Source of the DNA: Capsulimonadaceae bacterium
GTDB lineage: Bacteria; Armatimonadota; Armatimonadia; Armatimonadales; Capsulimonadaceae
Length of the DNA: 64,000 nucleotides
Assembly (NCBI GenBank): GCA_965215505.1
Contig: OZ244065.1
Coordinates: forward strand, 256,001 to 320,000
Direction: 5' to 3'
The notes below the pieces were generated by a model that worked only from the letters and a program-made list of their open reading frames with translations, searched no databases and was not told the origin of the DNA. Below are positions 36,778 to 44,711 of the stretch, one piece after another. Every line of letters starts with the position of its first letter. Positions within the stretch are counted from its first letter, which is position 1. A program made the translations under genes and the position numbers.

Positions 36778-38457
36778 ATGACTAAACGCATAAGAACCCT
36801 CCTCTTCGCCGTCCTCTGCCTCGGGCTGCTCGGCGTGATCGCTTACCGACAGATCCAGAGCGCGAAAGCCGCCTCCCAGGTCCGCTACCGGACGGAAACC
36901 GCCGCCACCGGCGACGTCACCGACACGGTGGAAGCCAGCGGCGTCGTCCAGCCGCTGACCTCGGTGGATGTCAAGTCGCGGGCCGGCGGACGCCTGATCA
37001 AGCTCGCCGTGGACGTCGGCACCCGCGTCAAGCCGGGGATGCTGCTCGGCCGCATTGACCCCTCGGACACCCTCTCCGCCTACAACCAAGCGGCGGCCGA
37101 CCTGATCACGGCCCGCGCCCGGCTGTCCCAGACCCAGCAGCAGGCGCGGATGTCCGGGATGCAGGACACTTTGACCGTTTCGGGCGCGCAGCAGGGGCTG
37201 AGTTCGGCGCAGGCCAAGCTGACCCAGGCGGAGCGTCTGGCGGAGGTCCAGCCGGCACTCACGGACAACGCCATTTCCGAAGCCGAGGCCAACCTCGCCT
37301 CCGCCCAGCAGCAGTACGAGCAGCTTCGGGCCGCCGGCAACCCGCAGGCGCGCGCCTCGGCGCAGTCCGTCTATGCCCAGGCGCGCGCCAACGTCGTCGC
37401 CGCCGACGCCGCTTATGACCGCCAGAACTCGCTGGCCCAGAAGGGGTTCGTCGCCCAGCAGGCCGTGGACACCGCCCTGGCCTCCCGCGACGTCGCCCGC
37501 GCGACGCTGGATGAGGCCCGCCAAAGACTACGGACGATTGACGCCGACCAGAAGGCGTCGCTTGCCGGGGCCGCCGCCCGCGTCAGCCAGGCCCGAGGCG
37601 CTCTGCTCACCGCTCAGACCGACCGTTACGAGATCGGGACGCGCAAGCAGGACGTGACCGCCTCCCATGCCGCCTTGCTCCAAGCGCGCATGGCCGTCCA
37701 GAATGCCCAGGCCGGGCTGATGCAGAGCAGCATCCGCCAGTCCGACATTCAGGCGGCTCAGGCCGCCGTGTCCAAGGCGCAGGCGGAGGTCAACAACCGA
37801 CTGATCCAGCTCCACGACGCGACCATCTATGCGCCCCGCAACGGCGTCGTCCTCCAGAAGTATGTCGAAGAGGGGACGATCATCTCCAGCGGCGAGTCGC
37901 TGTCGTCCGATGGCACCAAGATCGTGCAAATCGGCGACGTCAGCACCCTCTTCATTGATGTGGGCGTGGACGAGTCCGATGTCGGCAAGATCGCCCTGGG
38001 CCAGAAGGTCCTGATCTCCCTGGACGCCGTGCCGCAGGCCAAGCCCGAGGGCCGCGTCGTGCGGATCGACCCGCAGGCGATCAACGACCGCGACGTGACG
38101 ACGGTCCACGTCCGCGTCGAGATCAAGAACCCGGACGCGGCGATCAAGCCCGGCATGAACGCCACCTGCCAGTTCGTCCTGCGCGACGTGCGGAACGTCC
38201 TCGTCGTCCCCAGCGATGCCGTGAAGGAGGGGCGCACCGGCGGGAACACGGTGCGCGTCCTGACCGGAGACAAGGCCGAGACGCGGACGGTCGAGGTCGG
38301 CGTCGTCGGCAGCGAGAAGACCGAGATCAAGAGCGGGCTGAAGGCCGGCGACAAGGTCATCCTGGGCATCCTCCAGCCCGCCCCCGACGGCGGCGGAGAC
38401 GCGGGAGCGCCGGGCGGCGGAGCCGGCGGCAAGGGCGGGGCGGGCGGCGGACACTAG
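36778..38457 (+). CDS. MacA-like periplasmic adaptor
   Basis: N-terminal TM, VEASGVVQP, long coiled coil, IYAPRNG, VDESDVGKI, KPGMNA. Confidence 0.9.
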   Translation: MTKRIRTLLFAVLCLGLLGVIAYRQIQSAKAASQVRYRTETAATGDVTDTVEASGVVQPLTSVDVKSRAGGRLIKLAVDVGTRVKPGMLLGRIDPSDTLSAYNQAAADLITARARLSQTQQQARMSGMQDTLTVSGAQQGLSSAQAKLTQAERLAEVQPALTDNAISEAEANLASAQQQYEQLRAAGNPQARASAQSVYAQARANVVAADAAYDRQNSLAQKGFVAQQAVDTALASRDVARATLDEARQRLRTIDADQKASLAGAAARVSQARGALLTAQTDRYEIGTRKQDVTASHAALLQARMAVQNAQAGLMQSSIRQSDIQAAQAAVSKAQAEVNNRLIQLHDATIYAPRNGVVLQKYVEEGTIISSGESLSSDGTKIVQIGDVSTLFIDVGVDESDVGKIALGQKVLISLDAVPQAKPEGRVVRIDPQAINDRDVTTVHVRVEIKNPDAAIKPGMNATCQFVLRDVRNVLVVPSDAVKEGRTGGNTVRVLTGDKAETRTVEVGVVGSEKTEIKSGLKAGDKVILGILQPAPDGGGDAGAPGGGAGGKGGAGGGH

Positions 38458-38478
38458 AAAGCGGCAAGAAACAGCGTT

Positions 38479-39810
38479 ATGAGTACACTCCTCCAAAGGC
38501 CCGAGCCGCCGACAGCGGCTGCCCCATTGCCCCCGCGCCGGCCCGACGCGCCGCACCGGTTCCAGAAGAACCGGACGCCCGCCCTGAACCTCGGCGAATG
38601 CGTCCACATCGCCTTACAGGGCTTGGCCGCCAACAAGATGCGCGCCATGCTGACCATGCTCGGCATCATCATCGGCGTCGGCGCGGTCATCACCATGATC
38701 GCCGTCGGGCAGGGCGCGCGCCAGAAGACGTTGGGCCAGATCCAGGCGCTCGGTACGAACGTCCTCATTATCCAGTCGGGCCAGACCAAGTCCGGCGGCG
38801 TCTTCGGCGGCGCGGGGTCCTTCCGCAACATCACCTTCGATGACCTCGACGCCATCCTGAAAAAAGCGCCCGCCGTCGCGGCCGTTTCGGGCGAGGACAT
38901 CACGCAGGCGCAGGTCAAGGGCGGCGGGACCAACACGAACACCAGCGTCATCGGAGTCGGCGCGGACTATGCCGACATCCGCAACTTCGCCATCGCCGAC
39001 GGCCGGTTTTTCACCCCGCGCGACCTGCGCGCCCGGTCACCCGTCTGCATCCTGGGTGCCAAGGTCGCCGGCGACTTCTTCAAGGGCAAGTCCGCCCTGG
39101 GCCAGCGCGTCCGCATCAACTCGTCTTCGTACCGCGTGGTCGGCGTCATGGCCCGCAAGGGGCAGGTCGGGTCGCAGAACGCCGACGACCAGGTCTTCCT
39201 GCCCCTCAGCACGTTCCAGGGCAAACTGGGCCGCTGGTGGTGGCGGGGGCGGGTCGCGACCGCCGACATCCAGGCGGTCAGCGCGGACAAGATGGACGAG
39301 GCATCCAGCCAGATCGCGGCCCTGATGCGCCAGCTCCACCATGTGAAGCCGGACCGGCCCGACGACATCACGATCAACAACCAGGCCGAGATCGCCGCCG
39401 TCGCCGAGCAGACCACGCGGACCTTCACCTTTCTGCTGGCCTCCATCGCGGGCGTCTCGCTGCTGGTCGGCGGCATCGGCATCATGAACATCATGCTGGT
39501 TTCGGTGACGGAGCGGACGCGCGAGATCGGCGTTCGCAAGGCCATCGGGGCGAAGCGGCGCGACATCCTGTGGCAGTTCCTGATCGAGAGCGTCGTCCTG
39601 TCGCTGCTCGGCGGCGTCATCGGCATCGCATTGGGCGTCGGCGGCGCGATACTTTTGGGCCGCCTCAGCACCGACTATACGCCCATCCTGACACTCCCGC
39701 CGGTCCTGCTGGCCTTCGGCTTCGCGGCCGCCGTCGGCATCTTCTTCGGATTCTACCCGGCCCAGAAGGCGTCCCGCCTCAGCCCGATAGAAGCACTGCG
39801 GTACGAGTAG
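38479..39810 (+). CDS. MacB/FtsX-like ABC permease
   Basis: NKMRAMLTMLGIIIGV, GGIGIMNIMLVSVTERTREIGVRKAIGA, PIEALRYE. Confidence 0.95.
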   Translation: MSTLLQRPEPPTAAAPLPPRRPDAPHRFQKNRTPALNLGECVHIALQGLAANKMRAMLTMLGIIIGVGAVITMIAVGQGARQKTLGQIQALGTNVLIIQSGQTKSGGVFGGAGSFRNITFDDLDAILKKAPAVAAVSGEDITQAQVKGGGTNTNTSVIGVGADYADIRNFAIADGRFFTPRDLRARSPVCILGAKVAGDFFKGKSALGQRVRINSSSYRVVGVMARKGQVGSQNADDQVFLPLSTFQGKLGRWWWRGRVATADIQAVSADKMDEASSQIAALMRQLHHVKPDRPDDITINNQAEIAAVAEQTTRTFTFLLASIAGVSLLVGGIGIMNIMLVSVTERTREIGVRKAIGAKRRDILWQFLIESVVLSLLGGVIGIALGVGGAILLGRLSTDYTPILTLPPVLLAFGFAAAVGIFFGFYPAQKASRLSPIEALRYE

Positions 39811-39812
39811 GC

Positions 39813-40523
39813 ATGATCACGCTGACCGACATCACCAAGACGTACCAGACCGGCACGATGGCGCTGACCGTCCTGAAAGGGATCTCTCTGCACATCGCGG
39901 CGGGGGAGATGGTGGCAATCATGGGGCCGTCCGGCTCGGGCAAGTCCACGCTGATGAACATCATTGGCTGCCTGGACCAGCCGACCTCGGGGTCCTATGC
40001 GCTCGACGGCTACGAGGTCGCCTACCTGGAAGAGAATACGCTGGCCGAGATACGGAACTGCACACTGGGGTTCGTCTTCCAGCAGTTCAACCTGCTGGCC
40101 CGGACGACCGCCCTCCGCAACGTCGAGCTGCCCTTAATCTACTCGGGGGAACGCCAGCGCGAGGAGCGCGCCCGCCGCGCCCTGACCCGCGTCGGGCTGT
40201 CCGACCGCATGGACCACACGCCGTCCATGCTGTCCGGCGGCCAGCAGCAGCGCGTCGCCATTGCCCGCGCCATCGTCAACGACCCGCCCATCCTCTTTGG
40301 CGACGAGCCGACCGGGGCATTGGACAGCCGGACGGGCCAGGAGATCATGGCGATCTTCCAGGCCCTGAACGATGAGGGCAAGACGGTCGTGCTGGTGACG
40401 CACGAGGAAGACATCGCCGAACACTGCAAGCGCATCCTGCGCTTTAAAGACGGCGTGATCGTCAGCGACCAGCCCGTCGCCAGCCGCCGCATCGCCCCGC
40501 CTTCCGATCTGGTGAGCGTCTGA
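39813..40523 (+). CDS. MacB/LolD-like ABC ATP-binding protein
   Basis: GPSGSGKST, LSGGQQQRVAIARA, GDEPTGALD, VTHE. Confidence 0.95.
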   Translation: MITLTDITKTYQTGTMALTVLKGISLHIAAGEMVAIMGPSGSGKSTLMNIIGCLDQPTSGSYALDGYEVAYLEENTLAEIRNCTLGFVFQQFNLLARTTALRNVELPLIYSGERQREERARRALTRVGLSDRMDHTPSMLSGGQQQRVAIARAIVNDPPILFGDEPTGALDSRTGQEIMAIFQALNDEGKTVVLVTHEEDIAEHCKRILRFKDGVIVSDQPVASRRIAPPSDLVSV

Positions 40524-40563
40524 TGTGAACCACTGTTGTGACGCAGTCTCTGTCACGGCATAT

Positions 40564-40733
40564 GAGCGGGCCAAGGAGGGGGGGCCAAGACGAGTGATTG
40601 AAATCACTCGCTTCCGCCGGATTTGTCCAAGGGACAAGAGAACAGGAGGATGCCGGACGTCCCTCTGTCTGCATCCTGTCCCTCTTCTGTCCCCTGGACA
40701 GGTCCGCGCGTAGCGAGTGATTTCAATCACTCG
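40564..40733. repeat. Four-palindrome REP-like element, copy C
   Basis: Outer palindromes 40591-40610 and 40714-40733 (the latter preceded by GTAG), inner palindromes 40623-40637 and 40687-40701. Confidence 0.9.
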
Positions 40734-40868
40734 TCTCGGCCCCCCCTCGTCTCGGCCCCCCCTCGTCTCGGCCCCCCCTCGTCTCGGCCCCCCCTCGTCT
40801 CGGCCCCCCCTCGTCTCGGCCCCCCCTCGTCTCGGCCCCCCCTCGTCTCGGCCCCCCCTCGTCTCGGC
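40731..40868. repeat. Perfect 16-bp tandem repeat, 8 full copies plus 10 bp
   Basis: TCGTCTCGGCCCCCCC starting at 40731, 40747, 40763, 40779, 40795, 40811, 40827, 40843, partial at 40859. Confidence 0.95.
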
Positions 40869-40922
40869 TTCCTTGCCCGGCTCCCCTTAGCGCCTGTGGC
40901 AGCCCTTGCTGACGCAAGAGGC

Positions 40923-43049
40923 CTATTCCTCCAGCCACAGGATCGCCGTCACCCCGCGCGGGTAGTACCGGCTGCCGAGGACCTTGCCCGCGACCATCTG
41001 GTCGCTCCAAGCCCAGTAGGCGTTGTCCGGGTCGGTCAGCCAGGCGGCGTGGGCGGCGTCGGCGCGCGCCGTGACGGCATCCCCGCCGAAGCCCAGGAGG
41101 CGGCGGGCGATGAACTGGCAGAGGTAGACCTTGGAAAGCCAGGAGTTCCGGCTGGTCGAGCTGAGACGCCAGCCGCCGTCGTCGAACAGGCAGACACCCG
41201 GCACCAGCACCGTTTCTAGGTGCCGGCGCAAGGCCCCCAGGTAAGCGCCGAAGCGCCCGTCCGGGTCCAAAGCCTCGCGGCAGCCGGTGAGATAGGGGTA
41301 GATCAGCCCCTCGATGGCCGGGATGATGCGCGAGTCGCTCCCGCCGCCCAGCACGGCGGGGATGAAGCCGTCCGCCGTCATGTGACCGGTCACGGTGGCG
41401 GCGCAGCGCTGCGCCTGCTCGCCGGCCTGACGCGCCGCCTCCTCCCGCCCCAAGCCCCGGAACAGTTTTTCCAAGGCGACATAGCAGGCCCAGGTCTTCC
41501 CCGCCAGGTAGATGTTGCCGCGCGCCTGGCCGAGCGAGACGTCCAGGCTGTCATAGGTGGTGATCTCCGCCCCGCCCGCCGTGCGCGCGCTGTCCAGGGA
41601 CATGACCCCGTCGCGCTGTTCAGGGTCCGGATGGTCGCGGTTGACCAGGCTCTGGAGGCACGCCTCGAAGGTGTTCAGGTTCTCCCCCAGCCAGCCGGAG
41701 TCGCCGGTCTGAGTCACATAAACGGTGGCGCAGCAGAGCCAGTTGACGATCTGCTCGTGGGTCATGTACGAGAAGCAGCCGGTCAGGCCGGTCTGCTCGT
41801 AGCAGGAGTAGCCCGCCCGCGAGAAGACGCTGCCGATGCCCATGTCGTGCGTGAAGCCGATCCCGCCGGGGTACTCGGTCGGGTCGCCCGGCAGGCGGGC
41901 GGCGTCCTGGTAGCTGTAGCGCGCGACGAACAGGTCAAGCTCATTGCGGACCGCCCAGGGGTTCATCCGCATTTCAAAGAAGAGTTGGTCCACGGTCAGG
42001 TCGAACGTGTTCATCATCCGGTACTCGCCTTCGTTGACCAGCCAGACCGGACGGCCCTCGCGGGCGAGGAACTGCGTGCTGCCGTAGTAGGAGCGGATGG
42101 CGTGGGCGAGCATGAACTTCTGGTCGTCCGACAGCCTGCTCTCCTCCACCAGTGCGTCGCCGTCTCGGGCCGCCTGAACGAGCGCGTCAAAGTGGGCTAG
42201 GGCGTAGCGGGCGACGGCTTCGATGTCCGGGAAGAAGCGCGTATAGTAGTAGGTCGTGTCCCAGCCCGCCGTGGCGGTGCCGCCCCGGTGGAAGCAGACC
42301 GCGAAGCGGAAGGTCCTGGTCTGGCCGGCGGGGACGTCCATCAGCAGCGCGCCGCAGCCGCCCAGCCCGAACGCCATGTTCGCGGGGGCCGTCTCGGTCA
42401 GCAGTGTGCCGACGGCGAAGGCCTGCCCGGAGCGGACGCCGGGGTCGTCGGTGACGATGGCGGTGCCCAGCCCCTGCCCGACGCCGGCGAAGCCGGGCAT
42501 CGTGTCGTCCAGGCAGCGCATGGCGGAGTAGGGGTCGCTGCCGCCGTAGCCGAAGTAGGCCCGGCGCGGGCGCGTCCCCCGCGTGTTGTCCACGGTGATC
42601 TCGGCCAGGACGGCGGGCAGGACGGCGGCCATCAGGTCCGCGTCATCCCCCGCGTCCGGGTCGGGCACCGGGCGCACCGGCGAGTAGAGGGTGAACGTCA
42701 GGTCCCCCGCCGTCCAGGCGTCCGTGGCGGCCCGGAAGTCCCGGCGGATGGCGTCCGTCCCGAAGGCGGTGATCGGGACGCCCTGCCAGTCTGGCAGGGC
42801 CTGATTCGCCTGTTCCACCTCATAGCGGCGGCGCTCCTCGTCCGCCGCGTCGTCGGCCTGGAAGAACGGCAGGGCCTCATACGAGCCGCCCGCCCGCGTC
42901 TCCAGCCCGATGTAGACGCTCTGGTCGGCAGGCTTCCCCAACTCCAGGCCCAGGCCGCCTTTCGCCCCCGGCATGCCCAGCGTGAACGAGGCGAAGGCCC
43001 CGATGGGCGAGTGGTGCGCGTTGAAAAACGGGGTGTTCAAATCTCTCAT
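40923..43049 (-). CDS. GH52 beta-xylosidase (no signal peptide)
   Basis: FFNAHHSPIGAFASFTLG, VNEGEYRMMNTFDL, EITTYDSLD, SRYYPRGVT. Start overlaps the GH43 stop. Confidence 0.92.
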   Translation of the reverse strand: MRDLNTPFFNAHHSPIGAFASFTLGMPGAKGGLGLELGKPADQSVYIGLETRAGGSYEALPFFQADDAADEERRRYEVEQANQALPDWQGVPITAFGTDAIRRDFRAATDAWTAGDLTFTLYSPVRPVPDPDAGDDADLMAAVLPAVLAEITVDNTRGTRPRRAYFGYGGSDPYSAMRCLDDTMPGFAGVGQGLGTAIVTDDPGVRSGQAFAVGTLLTETAPANMAFGLGGCGALLMDVPAGQTRTFRFAVCFHRGGTATAGWDTTYYYTRFFPDIEAVARYALAHFDALVQAARDGDALVEESRLSDDQKFMLAHAIRSYYGSTQFLAREGRPVWLVNEGEYRMMNTFDLTVDQLFFEMRMNPWAVRNELDLFVARYSYQDAARLPGDPTEYPGGIGFTHDMGIGSVFSRAGYSCYEQTGLTGCFSYMTHEQIVNWLCCATVYVTQTGDSGWLGENLNTFEACLQSLVNRDHPDPEQRDGVMSLDSARTAGGAEITTYDSLDVSLGQARGNIYLAGKTWACYVALEKLFRGLGREEAARQAGEQAQRCAATVTGHMTADGFIPAVLGGGSDSRIIPAIEGLIYPYLTGCREALDPDGRFGAYLGALRRHLETVLVPGVCLFDDGGWRLSSTSRNSWLSKVYLCQFIARRLLGFGGDAVTARADAAHAAWLTDPDNAYWAWSDQMVAGKVLGSRYYPRGVTAILWLEE

Positions 43050-44665
43050 AACCTTTCGCTGACCCGGAAGTAGTCGAAGTCCACGGAGCCGCCCGCGGCC
43101 TTGGTCGCGTAGTGGAACAGCGCGAAACGGTAGCCCATGAAATGCGGGAGGGTGTAGACCATCTGGAGGGGCTGCCCGATCGGTGTCCACGTCTTCCCAC
43201 CGAGGCTATAGGAAAAATAGGCTTTGTCCGCCCGGCCCTTGTAGTCGCAGGCCAGCTTCAGGAACACGGTCTTTTGGGTGAGCGGGATGCTCTGCACCTC
43301 TTGCGGCGAGCCGGACCCGGCGCTGACCATGACGATAGAGGTGGCGTCGCCGACTCGCTTGACCCCGACGAACCCGTACTTCTTTTGCAGCGCGGCGAGG
43401 CCCGCGAAGTCGCCGTCTTTCAGGCCGCTCACGTCCACGGCGACCGTGCCCGAACACTCCGGTCCGAAGGTCCGCTGGGTCAAAGTGTTACGGGCCGACA
43501 GGAAATCGGCATCAACCCTGCCCGCCGTGAGCCGCAGGAAGCCGGGACGCTCGGTGAGGGACCAGTACCGGTCGTCCGGGTTATGGTTCCACTGCCAGGC
43601 CAGCGGCAGGGCGGGCTGACCGTGACCCCGGCTGAACTCGTCGGAGGCCACGATCCCAGCCGCGCCGCCGGCCCCCATCGTGCCGGCCGGGAGGGTCAAG
43701 GCCTTCGGCAATTTGCCTGCGACACCCATCACGGGCCAGCCGTCCTCCCATTTCACCGGCACGAGGAACGGGGTACGGCCAACCGCGCCGTGATCCTGGA
43801 AGAGCAAGGCATACCAATCCCCTTGCGGCGTATCGATGAGGCCGCCCTGCGCCACGCCCGCGTCCTGCAAAGCGACCCGGCCCTCATACGGGCCGGTGAG
43901 CCTGTCCGAGCGGAAGATGAGCTGCGTCCGCATGCCGCCGCGCGGCCAGGTGATGTTGGACAGGTAGTATCTCCCGCTGATCTTGCGGATCTGGGAGCCT
44001 TCCGCCGGCAGGCCGGCGTTGGGGCCGGCCACGAGTGTGGCGTTCGGGACGATGACCTGGTCCACCCCGCCCGGCTTGATGCCCGAGGCGTCTGCGGTCA
44101 GCTCGGTCAGGCGGATGTCCCCGCCGCCATGGACCATGTAGACGCGCCCATCGTCATCAAAGAACAGCGAGTGGTCGTGCAGGGCGGGGCTGAACGAGGA
44201 GGCCGTCCACGGCCCTTTCTCGATGTCCCTGGTCCGGTAGACGTGCGTTCTCCCCGTCGTGGCGGAGAACGTCGTGACGTAGAACGTGCCGTCATGGTAG
44301 CGCAGGCTGCTGGCCCACGACCCCTGGCCGTAGGCGTTCCTGCCGTTCTGGAGCGTCAGCGCGTCATTGTCGGCGAGGGTGTCGTAGGCATAGCCGACGA
44401 GCCGCCAGTTTACCAGGTCCGTGGACTTCATGAGGGGAAGTCCGGGGCTGAGGTGCATCGTCGTGCTGCTCATGTAGTACGTCTTCCCCACGCGGATGAT
44501 CGCGAGGTCCGGCACGTCCGCCCAGATGATGGGGTTCTGAGCCTCTTTGGCCTGGGCCTCTTGGGCGTGGGCAGCCGGGCCGGAGAAAAGGCTTATGACG
44601 GAAAACGCCGCCAGGGTCAAGGCCGCAATGGAGAGTGCCGCCGGGCACAAAAGCGACTTTTTCAC
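43046..44665 (-). CDS. GH43 beta-xylosidase/arabinofuranosidase, secreted
   Basis: NPIIWADVPD, WASSLRYH, HDHSLFFDDDG, EGS, QWNHNPD C-terminal domain; GTG start and signal peptide. Confidence 0.92.
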   Translation of the reverse strand: MKKSLLCPAALSIAALTLAAFSVISLFSGPAAHAQEAQAKEAQNPIIWADVPDLAIIRVGKTYYMSSTTMHLSPGLPLMKSTDLVNWRLVGYAYDTLADNDALTLQNGRNAYGQGSWASSLRYHDGTFYVTTFSATTGRTHVYRTRDIEKGPWTASSFSPALHDHSLFFDDDGRVYMVHGGGDIRLTELTADASGIKPGGVDQVIVPNATLVAGPNAGLPAEGSQIRKISGRYYLSNITWPRGGMRTQLIFRSDRLTGPYEGRVALQDAGVAQGGLIDTPQGDWYALLFQDHGAVGRTPFLVPVKWEDGWPVMGVAGKLPKALTLPAGTMGAGGAAGIVASDEFSRGHGQPALPLAWQWNHNPDDRYWSLTERPGFLRLTAGRVDADFLSARNTLTQRTFGPECSGTVAVDVSGLKDGDFAGLAALQKKYGFVGVKRVGDATSIVMVSAGSGSPQEVQSIPLTQKTVFLKLACDYKGRADKAYFSYSLGGKTWTPIGQPLQMVYTLPHFMGYRFALFHYATKAAGGSVDFDYFRVSERL

Positions 44666-44711
44666 GGAAAGGTCCCTCTCATTCGAGAACTCATTCGCAA
44701 AGCTGCGATGT

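Noticed and set aside
20381..40868. CRISPR interpretation of the ATTGAAAT-containing palindromes or of the 16-bp array
   Set aside because: The palindromes occur as inverted pairs kilobases apart, the tandem array has no spacers, and no cas genes are present.
33641..41219. ORFs sharing MIEITR.../ASDFNHS peptides that look like a small protein family (also at 20407-20913)
   Set aside because: They are translations of the REP-like element, not genes; the real starts are 20528 and about 34593.
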